Assembly: GCA_947311745.1 (NCBI GenBank)
Contig: CAMZLT010000163.1
Span: forward strand, 1 to 34,300
Length of the DNA: 34,300 nucleotides
Origin: an uncultured Flavobacteriaceae bacterium
GTDB lineage: Bacteria > Bacteroidota > Bacteroidia > Flavobacteriales > Flavobacteriaceae
Direction: 5' to 3'
Part shown: positions 13,560 to 23,015 of the stretch, in pieces
Layout: each line of letters opens with the position of its first letter
Position numbering within the stretch: the first letter of the stretch is position 1
Notes under the pieces: generated by a model
What the model was told of the DNA's origin: nothing
The model's input: the letters and a program-made list of their open reading frames with translations, nothing else
Database searches by the model: none
Position numbers and translations under genes: made by a program

Positions 13560-14411
13560 ATGAAAATAGCAATAATTGGCTTGGGATTAATTGGTGGTTC
13601 GTTTGCTTTGGAACTGAAAAAAAATCATGAAATTTTCGGAATAGATTCAAATAAAAAACACCAAGAACAGGCTTTGCAGTTAAATTTAGTCGATAAAATA
13701 ATCGATATAGAAAAAATACATAAAATGGATGCCATACTTATTGCAATACCTGTAGATAAAACTGCAACTATTCTAAAAAAAGTTTTAGATTTGATTTTAG
13801 AAAACACAGTAGTTTTTGATGTCGGTTCAACCAAAGAAATAATATGTAATGCTGTTAAAAATCATCCGAAAAGAAAAAATTTTATAGCTATGCACCCTAT
13901 CGCAGGAACCGAACATTCAGGGCCAAAAGCAGCAATAAAAAATCTGTTTAAAAATAAAGTAAATATCATTTGCGAAAAACAATATAGTTGCGAAGTACTA
14001 CATAAAAAAGTATTAAAAATAATAGAACCTTTACAAATGCGAACCGTTTATATTCCTTCTGCAAAAATGCATGACAAACACATTGCATATGTTTCGCATT
14101 TATCCCACATTAGTGCTTTTATGTTAGGAAAAACGGTTTTAGAAATAGAAAAAGAGGAAAAAAATATTTTTGATATGGCAGGAAGTGGATTTGAATCTAC
14201 TGTTAGACTTGCTAAAAGTTCACCAAAAACATGGACACCAATTTTTATGCAAAACAAAAAATATATTTTACAATCTTTAGACGAATATATTCAAAATTTA
14301 AAAACCTTTAGGCAATATATTCAAAATCAAGAGGAAAACAACATTTATAAAATAATGGAAAAATCAAATAACATCAAAAAAATATTAAACGGAAAATTTA
14401 AAAATAATTAA
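13560..14411 (+). CDS. tyrA: Prephenate dehydrogenase
   Basis: 283 aa with a Rossmann N-terminus (KIAIIGLGLIGGSFA), DVGSTK, HPIAGTEHSG and SHLSH motifs. Confidence 0.9.
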   Translation: MKIAIIGLGLIGGSFALELKKNHEIFGIDSNKKHQEQALQLNLVDKIIDIEKIHKMDAILIAIPVDKTATILKKVLDLILENTVVFDVGSTKEIICNAVKNHPKRKNFIAMHPIAGTEHSGPKAAIKNLFKNKVNIICEKQYSCEVLHKKVLKIIEPLQMRTVYIPSAKMHDKHIAYVSHLSHISAFMLGKTVLEIEKEEKNIFDMAGSGFESTVRLAKSSPKTWTPIFMQNKKYILQSLDEYIQNLKTFRQYIQNQEENNIYKIMEKSNNIKKILNGKFKNN

Positions 14412-14413
14412 TT

Positions 14414-15484
14414 ATGATTGAAAATAAAAATTGGTTACAAAAAATGGAATTAAACCATCCGTTAGTAATCGCAGGACCTTGTAGTGCCGAAACTGAAGAG
14501 CAAGTTTTAGATATTGCAAACCAATTAAAAAAAACCGATGCTACTGTTTTTAGAGCGGGTATTTGGAAGCCAAGAACAAGACCTGGTAATTTTGAAGGAT
14601 TAGGAGCTATTGCTTTACCTTGGTTAAAACGTGTTAAAGACGAAACAGGTTTACTAACCTCTATTGAAGTTGCAAATGCAAATCATGCAAAACTTGCTTT
14701 AGAATTTGACGTGGATATTTTATGGATTGGTGCAAGAACTACTGTAAACCCTTTTGCAGTTCAAGAAATTGCTGACGCTTTAAAAGATACTGATAAAATA
14801 GTATTGGTTAAAAACCCTATTAATCCTGATTTAGAATTGTGGATTGGTGCTATTGAACGCCTTCAAAAAGCAAATATTAAAAATATAGGAGCAATTCATC
14901 GTGGTTTTTCTACGTATCGAAAATCTACATATCGAAATAATCCAAAATGGCAAATTCCTATTGATTTCAAAAACCGATTACCTGAAATACCGCTAATCTG
15001 TGATCCATCGCATATTTGTGGCGAAAGAGAAGGGATTATAGATGTATCGCAAACAGCATTAGACTTACAATTTGATGGTTTAATGATCGAAACACATAAT
15101 GATCCTGATAAAGCTTGGAGTGATGCAAAACAACAAATTACACCAAATAGGTTGCAAGAAATAATTACCGATTTACGTATACGAAAAAAAGATTTTGGCA
15201 ATAACGATTTGGATAAATTACGAAAACAAATTGATTTAATTGACGATAAAATTTTAGATATTTTAAATGCTAGAATGGAAGTTGTTAAAAAAATAGGCTC
15301 TAAAAAGAAAAAAGACAATGTAGCTGTTTATCAGCAAGATAGGTGGAGAGAAATTATTCAAAAATCTATAGATAAAGGAACAAATTTAGGCTTAAGCATT
15401 AATTTTGTCGAAAAAATATATAAATCTATTCATCAAGAATCTATAAACCAACAAGAAAAAATAATTAACCTCAAAAATTCATAA
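14414..15484 (+). CDS. Bifunctional 3-deoxy-7-phosphoheptulonate (DAHP) synthase type I-beta / chorismate mutase (AroQ)
   Basis: 356 aa. The N-terminal part is a KDO8PS-like DAHPS (PLVIAGPCSAE, FRAGIWKPRT, DPSH, GLMIETH). The C-terminal ~90 aa is an AroQ chorismate mutase (LRKQIDLIDDKILDILNARMEVVKKIG). Confidence 0.9.
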   Translation: MIENKNWLQKMELNHPLVIAGPCSAETEEQVLDIANQLKKTDATVFRAGIWKPRTRPGNFEGLGAIALPWLKRVKDETGLLTSIEVANANHAKLALEFDVDILWIGARTTVNPFAVQEIADALKDTDKIVLVKNPINPDLELWIGAIERLQKANIKNIGAIHRGFSTYRKSTYRNNPKWQIPIDFKNRLPEIPLICDPSHICGEREGIIDVSQTALDLQFDGLMIETHNDPDKAWSDAKQQITPNRLQEIITDLRIRKKDFGNNDLDKLRKQIDLIDDKILDILNARMEVVKKIGSKKKKDNVAVYQQDRWREIIQKSIDKGTNLGLSINFVEKIYKSIHQESINQQEKIINLKNS

Positions 15485-15551
15485 AATTAGCTTTGTTTAG
15501 ATGTATAGGATATGAATAATAATATAATGGTGAAGTTTGTGGGCCAATTTA

Positions 15552-17366
15552 TTACACGTTTTTTGATGTTGTACTGGTATTACGCTTAAAATAATTGTGA
15601 ATTTTAGATGCTTTATCTTTACCTATTACTTCGGTTAAATGTTCTAAACTAGTATTTGTTATTCTTTTTGTGGATTTGAATTTTTTTAGTAGTGTAATAA
15701 TTGTTTTTTCGCCAATTCCTGGGATTTGTGATAATTCGGAATTTATAGCATTTTTGCTTCGTTTGTTACGATGATGTGTGATACCAAAGCGATGTGCTTC
15801 GTTTCGTAATTGTTGAATAATTTTAAGAGTTTCGGATTTTTTATCTAAATACAGCGGTATTGGATCATCTGGATAAAAAAGTTCTTCCAAACGTTTCGCA
15901 ATTCCGATAATGGCAATTTTTCCTCGCAAACCTAAAGCGTCTAAACTTTTTAAAGCTGCGGATAATTGTCCTTTACCACCATCGATAATAATTAGTTGTG
16001 GTAAGTCTTGGTTTTCGTCTAGTAAGCGTTTGTATCTACGATAAACTACTTCGGTCATTGAAGCAAAATCGTCTGGTCCAATAACAGTTTTTATATTAAA
16101 ATTACGGTAATCTTTTTTACTTGGTTTTCCGTTTTTAAAAACGACACAAGCTGCAACAGGGTTTGTACCTTGTATGTTTGAATTATCAAAACATTCGATA
16201 TGTCTTGGTTCTACCAATAATCGCAAATCTTTTTTCATTTGCGACATGATTCGGTTTACATGTCTATCAGGATCGGTAATTTTTATTTGTTTAAATTGTT
16301 CTTGTCTAAAGTATTTTGCATTTCGTATGGATAAATCTACAATACGTTTTTTATCACCAACTTTAGGGATAGTTACTTTTAAATTTTCGCCTAATTCTAC
16401 TAAAAAAGGAACATATATTTCTTTGGTAATGGAGTTAAATCGTTGTTGGATTTCAACGATAAAGAGTTCTAAAATTTCTTTATCGCTTTCGGCAAGTTTC
16501 TTTTTAATTTCGGTTGTGTGTGATTGGATTATGTTTCCATTTACGATTTTTAAAAAATTGGTATAGGCAAAATTTTCATCTGAAATTAAACTAAAAACAT
16601 CTACGTTAGAGATACTTGGATTTACAATAGTAGATTTTGCTTGATAGTTTTTAAGTAAATCTAATTTTTCTTTTATTTTTTGTGCTTCTTCAAATTCGGT
16701 TTTATTTGAAAAATCTAACATCATTTCTTTGAATTTTTGCAAGGATTGTGCAAAATTCCCTTTTACAATATTTTTAATTGCTTTAATATCTGTATTATAG
16801 TCTTTTTCGGTTTGTAAGGCTTCGCAAGGACCTTTACAATTTTTAATATGATATTCTAAGCATACTTTGTGTTTGCCAGAGTTTACATTTTCAAAAGATA
16901 GGTTATAGGTACACGTTCGTAAAGGATATAATTCTTTAATTAAAGATAGTAAAGCTCTTGCTGTACGAACAGAAGTGTATGGTCCAAAGTACTCTGAGCC
17001 GTCTTTAATAACACGTCTAGTTAAAAAAACACGAGGAAATCGCTCGTTTTTAATACAAATAAACGGATATGATTTATCGTCTTTTAATAAAATATTATAT
17101 CGTGGTTGATACTTTTTTATCAGATTATTTTCTAATAATAAGGCGTCAGTTTCAGTTTCAACCACAATGTGTTTAATATGAACAATTTTTTTTACTAAAA
17201 CTCTAGTTTTACCGTAATCATGATTTTTTGTAAAGTAGGAGGAAACTCTTTTTTTTAAATTTTTTGCTTTTCCTATATAGATTATTACTTCATTTTTATC
17301 AAAAAATTGGTATACTCCAGGAGAATCTGGTAGTATTTTGATCTGAAGTTGTAGATTATTAGTCAA
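15552..17366 (-). CDS. uvrC: Excinuclease ABC subunit C
   Basis: 604 aa with a GIY-YIG N-terminus (GVYQFFD...IYIGKAKNLKKRVSSYF), a UvrBC-interaction region, an endonuclease domain and a C-terminal (HhH)2 (IPGIGEKT). Confidence 0.95.
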   Translation of the reverse strand: MTNNLQLQIKILPDSPGVYQFFDKNEVIIYIGKAKNLKKRVSSYFTKNHDYGKTRVLVKKIVHIKHIVVETETDALLLENNLIKKYQPRYNILLKDDKSYPFICIKNERFPRVFLTRRVIKDGSEYFGPYTSVRTARALLSLIKELYPLRTCTYNLSFENVNSGKHKVCLEYHIKNCKGPCEALQTEKDYNTDIKAIKNIVKGNFAQSLQKFKEMMLDFSNKTEFEEAQKIKEKLDLLKNYQAKSTIVNPSISNVDVFSLISDENFAYTNFLKIVNGNIIQSHTTEIKKKLAESDKEILELFIVEIQQRFNSITKEIYVPFLVELGENLKVTIPKVGDKKRIVDLSIRNAKYFRQEQFKQIKITDPDRHVNRIMSQMKKDLRLLVEPRHIECFDNSNIQGTNPVAACVVFKNGKPSKKDYRNFNIKTVIGPDDFASMTEVVYRRYKRLLDENQDLPQLIIIDGGKGQLSAALKSLDALGLRGKIAIIGIAKRLEELFYPDDPIPLYLDKKSETLKIIQQLRNEAHRFGITHHRNKRSKNAINSELSQIPGIGEKTIITLLKKFKSTKRITNTSLEHLTEVIGKDKASKIHNYFKRNTSTTSKNV

Positions 17367-17373
17367 TTTTTTA

Positions 17374-17799
17374 TTATTCGTTGGCCTGTAATGCTAAAGC
17401 GTATAATTTTATTTTTTTTATCATACTAACTAATCCGTTTGCTCTAGTTGGTGATAGGTGCTCTTTTAAACCAATTTTATCGATAAAATCGGTTTTTATA
17501 TTTAAAATGTCAGTTGGTTTTTGATTGGAAAATACACGAAGTAATAAAGCAATGATTCCTTTAGTGATAATGGCATCGCTATCTGCTGTATAAACAATTT
17601 TATCTGCTGCTTTTTCGGCATGTAGCCAAACTTTAGATTGACATCCTTTAATTAAATTAGCATCTATTTTATATTTTTGGTCGATAATTGGCAAGGATCT
17701 TCCTAGTTCAATAAGGTATTCGTATTTTTCCATCCAATCATCAAACATAGCAAAATCGTCAACGATTTCTTCTTGTATTTCTTGTATGCTTTGTGTCAT
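17374..17799 (-). CDS. sufE: SufE-family sulfur acceptor protein
   Basis: 141 aa with the conserved Cys motif KGCQSKVWL and R.NGL near the C-terminus. Confidence 0.85.
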   Translation of the reverse strand: MTQSIQEIQEEIVDDFAMFDDWMEKYEYLIELGRSLPIIDQKYKIDANLIKGCQSKVWLHAEKAADKIVYTADSDAIITKGIIALLLRVFSNQKPTDILNIKTDFIDKIGLKEHLSPTRANGLVSMIKKIKLYALALQANE

Positions 17800-17808
17800 T
17801 TTATTTTT

Positions 17809-19332
17809 TTACAAAGATATATTATTTAATTGTAATAATTCTTCTATAAATTTTCTATCGTTTGATAGTCTAGGTACTTTGTGTTGTCCGCCTAATTTTC
17901 TTTTGTTTTTAAGCCAATTGTAAAATAAATTAGGTTTTGCTATGTTTAAAATAGGTTTTTCTAGCGTAATGTTTAAATATCGCTTAGCTTCGTAATCGGA
18001 ATTTATATTTTTTAATGCAGTGTCTAAAACTTCCATAAAGAAATCGGTATTTTTTGGTTTTTGAATAAATTCAATTAGCCATTGATGTTTTCCTTTTTTG
18101 CCATCCTTCATAAAAACTGGAGCAACAGAATATTCTTTTATGCTAGTATTTGTTTTTTTACAGGCAATTTCTAAAGCTTTTTCGGCGTTTTCAATTATTA
18201 ATTCTTCACCAAAAGCATTAATAAAATGTTTGGTTCTGCCAGAAATTTTTATTCGATATGGTTTTAAGGAAGTAAATTTTATAGTATCACCAATTAAATA
18301 TCGCCATAAACCAGCGTTTGTAGTAATTACTAAGGCATAATTTGTTTCTAGTTGTACTTTTTCTAGCGGAATTGCAACAGAATTTTCGTCGTCAAATGTA
18401 TCCATAGAAATAAATTCGTAAAAAATACCATAATCTAACATTAAGAGCAATTCTTGGCTATTATTTTGATCTTGAATAGCAAAAAATCCTTCACTAGCAT
18501 TGTAAATTTCGTAGTATTGGAAGTTTTTTTTCGGAATAATTTTTTCGTATTGTTTTCGATATGCGTTAAAATTTACACCACCGTGAAAATATACTTCAAG
18601 GTTTGGCCAAACTTCTAAAATATTATTTTTACCTGTTCGTTCTAAAACTTTATTTAATAAGACTAGCATCCAAGACGGAACTCCTGCAAGACTAGTAATA
18701 TCTTCGTTAATAGTTTCGTCTATAATTTTATCCATTTTTATTTCCCAATCGCTTAGTAAAGCAACTTTTTGACTCGGAGCAGAGCTAAAATCTGCCCAAA
18801 GCGGTAAATTTTGGATAATAATTGCTGATAAATCACCATAAATTGTGCCGTTTTTTTCGTACATTTCACTACTTCCGCCAAGACGTAAATTTTTTCCTCC
18901 AAACATTTTAGTATGCTGATTATTACACGCATATATAGATAACATATCTTTTACCGCTTTGTAATGACAATCTTCTAATGCTACTTTACTTACAGGAATA
19001 AATTTGCTTTTTGCGTTGGTAGTTCCGCTAGATTTTGCAAACCATTTTATTTTAGAGTGCCAAAAAATATTTGGTGTTCCTTTTCTTGCTTGGTCAATTT
19101 CATGTTCAATAGATTCGTATTTTCGTATAGGTACGTTTTCTATAAAATCGGAATACGTTTTAATTTGATTAAAATTATATCGTTTACCAATTTCTGTGTT
19201 TTTTGCTTGTTTTATTAAGTTTTCTAAAACTTCCTGCTGTACTTCGATAGGATATTTTATAAAAAAATCTATTTGATGTTTTCGTTTTTTTAACGACCAT
19301 GCAATTACACTATTTAAAAACGGTATTTTCAT
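17809..19332 (-). CDS. GH3 (auxin-responsive promoter) family acyl-adenylate-forming protein
   Basis: 507 aa with the SSGTT..KSKFIPV motif and overall GH3 layout. This family is common in Flavobacteriia. Confidence 0.8.
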   Translation of the reverse strand: MKIPFLNSVIAWSLKKRKHQIDFFIKYPIEVQQEVLENLIKQAKNTEIGKRYNFNQIKTYSDFIENVPIRKYESIEHEIDQARKGTPNIFWHSKIKWFAKSSGTTNAKSKFIPVSKVALEDCHYKAVKDMLSIYACNNQHTKMFGGKNLRLGGSSEMYEKNGTIYGDLSAIIIQNLPLWADFSSAPSQKVALLSDWEIKMDKIIDETINEDITSLAGVPSWMLVLLNKVLERTGKNNILEVWPNLEVYFHGGVNFNAYRKQYEKIIPKKNFQYYEIYNASEGFFAIQDQNNSQELLLMLDYGIFYEFISMDTFDDENSVAIPLEKVQLETNYALVITTNAGLWRYLIGDTIKFTSLKPYRIKISGRTKHFINAFGEELIIENAEKALEIACKKTNTSIKEYSVAPVFMKDGKKGKHQWLIEFIQKPKNTDFFMEVLDTALKNINSDYEAKRYLNITLEKPILNIAKPNLFYNWLKNKRKLGGQHKVPRLSNDRKFIEELLQLNNISL

Positions 19333-19439
19333 AAATTTATAGTTGTTTTTTTATTAAAAACGTAGTAGCACTTCCTGTTTTGGATTCAAATCTAAAAATA
19401 CATATTTCTTTTGGTTTTATATAGTAAAGTAGGTGTTTT

Positions 19440-20402
19440 TTATTTACTTTCTGAAAATTTAAAATTAAGCACAAAGTAACTTCCTATAATGGCAGGAAGT
19501 GCAAAATTAAACAGCCACATTATTGTAGTAATTGTAACCACAATTAATTCATTAACCGAAATAAAATGAAATACAAAAACAGCAACCGATCCTTTAATTA
19601 AAAAATCAAACATTGGTAAACTAGGTATAATTGAAGCAATTAAATACATGGCAAAAATTAATAGCATTACAGTTTGATAATTTACCTCAACTTGAAACAA
19701 ACGTAATAAAAAATAGAATTGATGCGAAAAAATAAGATATCTAACAATTGAATAAACTAAAGTTAAAACACTAATTTTTATAGGAATTGATTTAATAAAT
19801 TTAATTATTTTATTCCAATAAAAACCACGAATTTTTTTAGAAAGCAATTCCTTCCCTCCAAAAACAAACACTAAAAATAATACTAGAAAATAAATAAATT
19901 CCCGAAATCTAAAAACAGGAAAACTCCAATTAAAATGTAACCATAGATATAACAATCCTAAACTTCCGAATAAAACCGTAACACTCATTTGCGAAATATT
20001 AGAAAGTAAATTTAATAATACTATTTTTTTACGATTATTCTTTTTAAAATATAGGGATTTGGCACCATACTCGCCAATTCTATTTGGTGTAAATAGAGAT
20101 GCTGTATGCGAACCAAAACTTTGTTTTAAAGCTTGCATAAAAGAAATTTTTTGAAGTACAGAAACTAAATTTTGCCATTTTAAAATTTCAAAAAACCAAT
20201 TAAAAAAAGTAAATAGAAAGATATATAAAAGAACATTATAATCTGTGGCAACTATTTTTTCTATCTGAAAAATAAAGTCTTTAATAGGTATAGCGTCATT
20301 ATGAATAGTATGTACATAAATAAAATAAAACGAAGTAATTACAATAGTAAATTTTACTAAAAAGAATAAAAACTTGCGATATGTAGCTGAAATATTTCGC
20401 AT
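19440..20402 (-). CDS. Flippase-like / lysylphosphatidylglycerol-synthase transmembrane-domain (UPF0104) protein
   Basis: 320 aa with about 8 hydrophobic segments and no soluble domain. The assignment rests on size and composition. Confidence 0.55.
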   Translation of the reverse strand: MRNISATYRKFLFFLVKFTIVITSFYFIYVHTIHNDAIPIKDFIFQIEKIVATDYNVLLYIFLFTFFNWFFEILKWQNLVSVLQKISFMQALKQSFGSHTASLFTPNRIGEYGAKSLYFKKNNRKKIVLLNLLSNISQMSVTVLFGSLGLLYLWLHFNWSFPVFRFREFIYFLVLFLVFVFGGKELLSKKIRGFYWNKIIKFIKSIPIKISVLTLVYSIVRYLIFSHQFYFLLRLFQVEVNYQTVMLLIFAMYLIASIIPSLPMFDFLIKGSVAVFVFHFISVNELIVVTITTIMWLFNFALPAIIGSYFVLNFKFSESK

Positions 20403-20500
20403 AAATTAAAAAGCAATATTATAATTTTTTTTTTTAGCAGAAACGTTTTGTAAAACCTTTCTACTATTTAATTATCTTTGCTTTAAAATAAATTTAAAAT

Positions 20501-21055
20501 TTGCAGTCAGAAAAAATTATATTAGGTATTGATCCAGGAACTACAATTATGGGGTTTGGTATTATTAAAATTGTAAAAAAACAAATGCAATTTGTGCTAC
20601 TAGACGAGTTGATTTTAAATAAATATGATGATCATTATTTACGTTTAAAAAAAATATTTGAAAGAACTATCCAATTAATTGATGCGTATCATCCTGATGA
20701 AATTGCTATTGAAGCACCTTTTTTTGGTAAGAATGTACAATCAATGTTAAAATTAGGGAGAGCACAAGGTGTAGCAATGGCTGCTGGTTTATCTAGAGAA
20801 GTTACTATTACAGAATACGCACCAAAAAAAATAAAAATGGCGATTACAGGTAGTGGATCTGCATCTAAAGAGCAAGTAGCAAAAATGTTACAAAGTATTT
20901 TAAACCTAAAAACATTACCAAAAAATTTAGATGCAACAGATGGTCTTGCAGCTGCTGTTTGTCATTTTTATAATCAAGGTAGAGTAACTGGTAAAAAGAG
21001 TTATTCAGGTTGGTCTTCCTTTGTTAAAAATAATGAAAAGCGAATTAAAAAATAA
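20501..21055 (+). CDS. ruvC: Crossover junction endodeoxyribonuclease RuvC
   Basis: 184 aa with ILGIDPGTT, IEAPFFGKN and ATDGLAAAVCH motifs. It needs a TTG start, since no earlier in-frame ATG exists. Confidence 0.9.
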   Translation: MQSEKIILGIDPGTTIMGFGIIKIVKKQMQFVLLDELILNKYDDHYLRLKKIFERTIQLIDAYHPDEIAIEAPFFGKNVQSMLKLGRAQGVAMAAGLSREVTITEYAPKKIKMAITGSGSASKEQVAKMLQSILNLKTLPKNLDATDGLAAAVCHFYNQGRVTGKKSYSGWSSFVKNNEKRIKK

Positions 21056-21135
21056 GTTCTTATTTTAAAGTGTAATAAAAAGTCTTTTTTGTTTTTACAA
21101 CCATTTTAAAATAGATACTTTTGCAAAAAAATAAA

Positions 21136-21657
21136 ATGATTACTACTAAAACACCTAAAGAATCTTTAACCATTCTTACCGATATGGTCTTACCTGCCGA
21201 AACAAACGCTTTGGATAATTTGTTTGGTGGTGAAATTTTAGCACGAATGGATCGAGCATCTAGTATTGCTGCTCAAAGACATTCACGTAGAATAGTTGTT
21301 ACAGCAAGTGTTAATCATGTTGCATTTACTAAAGCTGTTCCTGTTGGTTCGGTAGTTACTGTTGAGGCAAAAGTATCTAGAGCCTTTAAATCATCTATGG
21401 AAATTTTTGTAGATGTTTGGATCGAGGATAGAGAATCACAAGAACGGACTATGGTAAATGAAGGTATTTATACTTTTGTTGCTGTTGATAGAACGGGAAC
21501 TCCTGTAAAAGTGCCACAAATAAAACCAGAAACCGATTTAGAAAAAGAACGTTATGAAGGTGCTTTACGTAGAAAACAATTGAGTTTAGTGCTTTCAGGA
21601 AAAATGAATCCAGATGATGCTGTGGAGCTTAAAAAATTATTTTTTAAAAAACAATAA
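21136..21657 (+). CDS. Acyl-CoA thioesterase (hotdog fold, YciA-like)
   Basis: LFGGEILARMDRA..IAA..H...VVTASV is typical of this family. The ATG at 21136 is preferred over the track's TTG at 21121. Confidence 0.8.
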   Translation: MITTKTPKESLTILTDMVLPAETNALDNLFGGEILARMDRASSIAAQRHSRRIVVTASVNHVAFTKAVPVGSVVTVEAKVSRAFKSSMEIFVDVWIEDRESQERTMVNEGIYTFVAVDRTGTPVKVPQIKPETDLEKERYEGALRRKQLSLVLSGKMNPDDAVELKKLFFKKQ

Positions 21658-21659
21658 AT

Positions 21660-21848
21660 ATGTTTACTACAGGACGAATTCTTTTTAGTGTTTTTTTTAT
21701 TGTAGCTTTTGCAATAGCTATGTTTTTTGCTTATGCTAAAGATAAGAAACACCAAAAATATTATTATAAAAATGTTTGGATTGTTGCTGTTGGGATACTT
21801 TTAACGATTGTCATTTTTGCAACACTTACTTTTTGGTTGCACGAATAA
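21660..21848 (+). CDS. Small two-TM membrane protein, unknown function
   Basis: 62 aa with two clear hydrophobic helices. The ATG lies 3 nt after the thioesterase stop. No recognisable motif. Confidence 0.4.
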   Translation: MFTTGRILFSVFFIVAFAIAMFFAYAKDKKHQKYYYKNVWIVAVGILLTIVIFATLTFWLHE

Positions 21849-21871
21849 TCTTTAGGTAAATCATAATGGTA

Positions 21872-22915
21872 TTATTCCATTTTATTAGCTAATTGACCAC
21901 AAGCTGCATCAATATCATCGCCACGACTTTTACGAACTTTTGCAATAATGTTATTTGCTTCTAAAATTTGTACATATTGTTCTATTATTTCTCCGTCAGC
22001 AGATTGGTATTCTGCATCACCAATGTTATTATAGGTGATTAAATTTACTTTTGAAGGTACTTTTTTACAGTACGAAACCAAAGCGTCTATGTCTTTTTTC
22101 TTATCGTTAAATCCTTTAAATACAACGTATTCAAAAGTTATTTTTTGTTTGGTTTTTTGATACCAATATTGCAATGCTTCTAATAAATCCTCTAAATTAC
22201 TTTTATCGTTTATTGGCATTAATTTAGAGCGAACTTCGTTAATTGCAGAGTGTAAAGAAACCGCTAAATTAAATTTCACATCATCATCTGCCATTTTTTT
22301 TATCATTTTTGGTATTCCTACAGTAGATAGGGTGATTCTTTTTGAGGACATACCTAAACCTTCATCGTTTGTAATTTTATCGATTGCAGTCATTACATTT
22401 TTATAGTTTAACAAAGGTTCTCCCATTCCCATAAAAACAATATTTGTTAATTTATGGTTGTGATACAAACGACTTTGTTTGTCTATTTCGACAACTTGAT
22501 CGTAAATTTCATCGGCATTAAGATTTCGCATTCTTTTTAATTTTGCCGTTGCACAAAAATTACAATCTAAACTACAACCAACTTGACTAGAAATACATGC
22601 TGTGGTGCGTTTTTTTGTAGGAATTAAAACAGATTCTACTAATAAATCATCGTGTAATTTAATAGCATTTTTTATGGTTCCATCTATAGATTTTTGCATT
22701 TTATCTACAGCAACATGATTGATAACAAAATTATTTTCAAGCATTTCTCTAGTTTGCTTAGATAAATTAGTCATTTGCTCAAAACTACGTGCAGATTTAA
22801 CCCAAAGCCATTCGTAAACTTGATTTCCACGAAATGCCTTATCGTTATTACTAACAAAAAAATCGCGTAATTGCTCTTTTGTTAACGCTCGTATGTCTTT
22901 TTTATCTGAAATCAT
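21872..22915 (-). CDS. rlmN: 23S rRNA/tRNA (adenine-C2)-methyltransferase RlmN (radical SAM)
   Basis: 347 aa with the CxxxCxxC cluster CSLDCNFCAT, GMGEPL and the C-terminal DIDAACGQL. Confidence 0.95.
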   Translation of the reverse strand: MISDKKDIRALTKEQLRDFFVSNNDKAFRGNQVYEWLWVKSARSFEQMTNLSKQTREMLENNFVINHVAVDKMQKSIDGTIKNAIKLHDDLLVESVLIPTKKRTTACISSQVGCSLDCNFCATAKLKRMRNLNADEIYDQVVEIDKQSRLYHNHKLTNIVFMGMGEPLLNYKNVMTAIDKITNDEGLGMSSKRITLSTVGIPKMIKKMADDDVKFNLAVSLHSAINEVRSKLMPINDKSNLEDLLEALQYWYQKTKQKITFEYVVFKGFNDKKKDIDALVSYCKKVPSKVNLITYNNIGDAEYQSADGEIIEQYVQILEANNIIAKVRKSRGDDIDAACGQLANKME

Positions 22916-23015
22916 ACTGCAAAAATAGAGATATATTCTCGTTTTTACTTTGAATTCCTTTGTAATGTTTTATTTACTCCGAAAAATTCATTTTTTTTTG
23001 TACTTTTATCCTGCT

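Noticed and set aside
17809-20402. The GH3-family gene plus the flippase/LysPG-synthase-TM-like gene as a lipid-modification system
   Set aside because: They are separated by a 107-nt spacer and have normal composition. As far as I recall, both are widespread flavobacterial core genes. Nothing in the sequence ties them together functionally.
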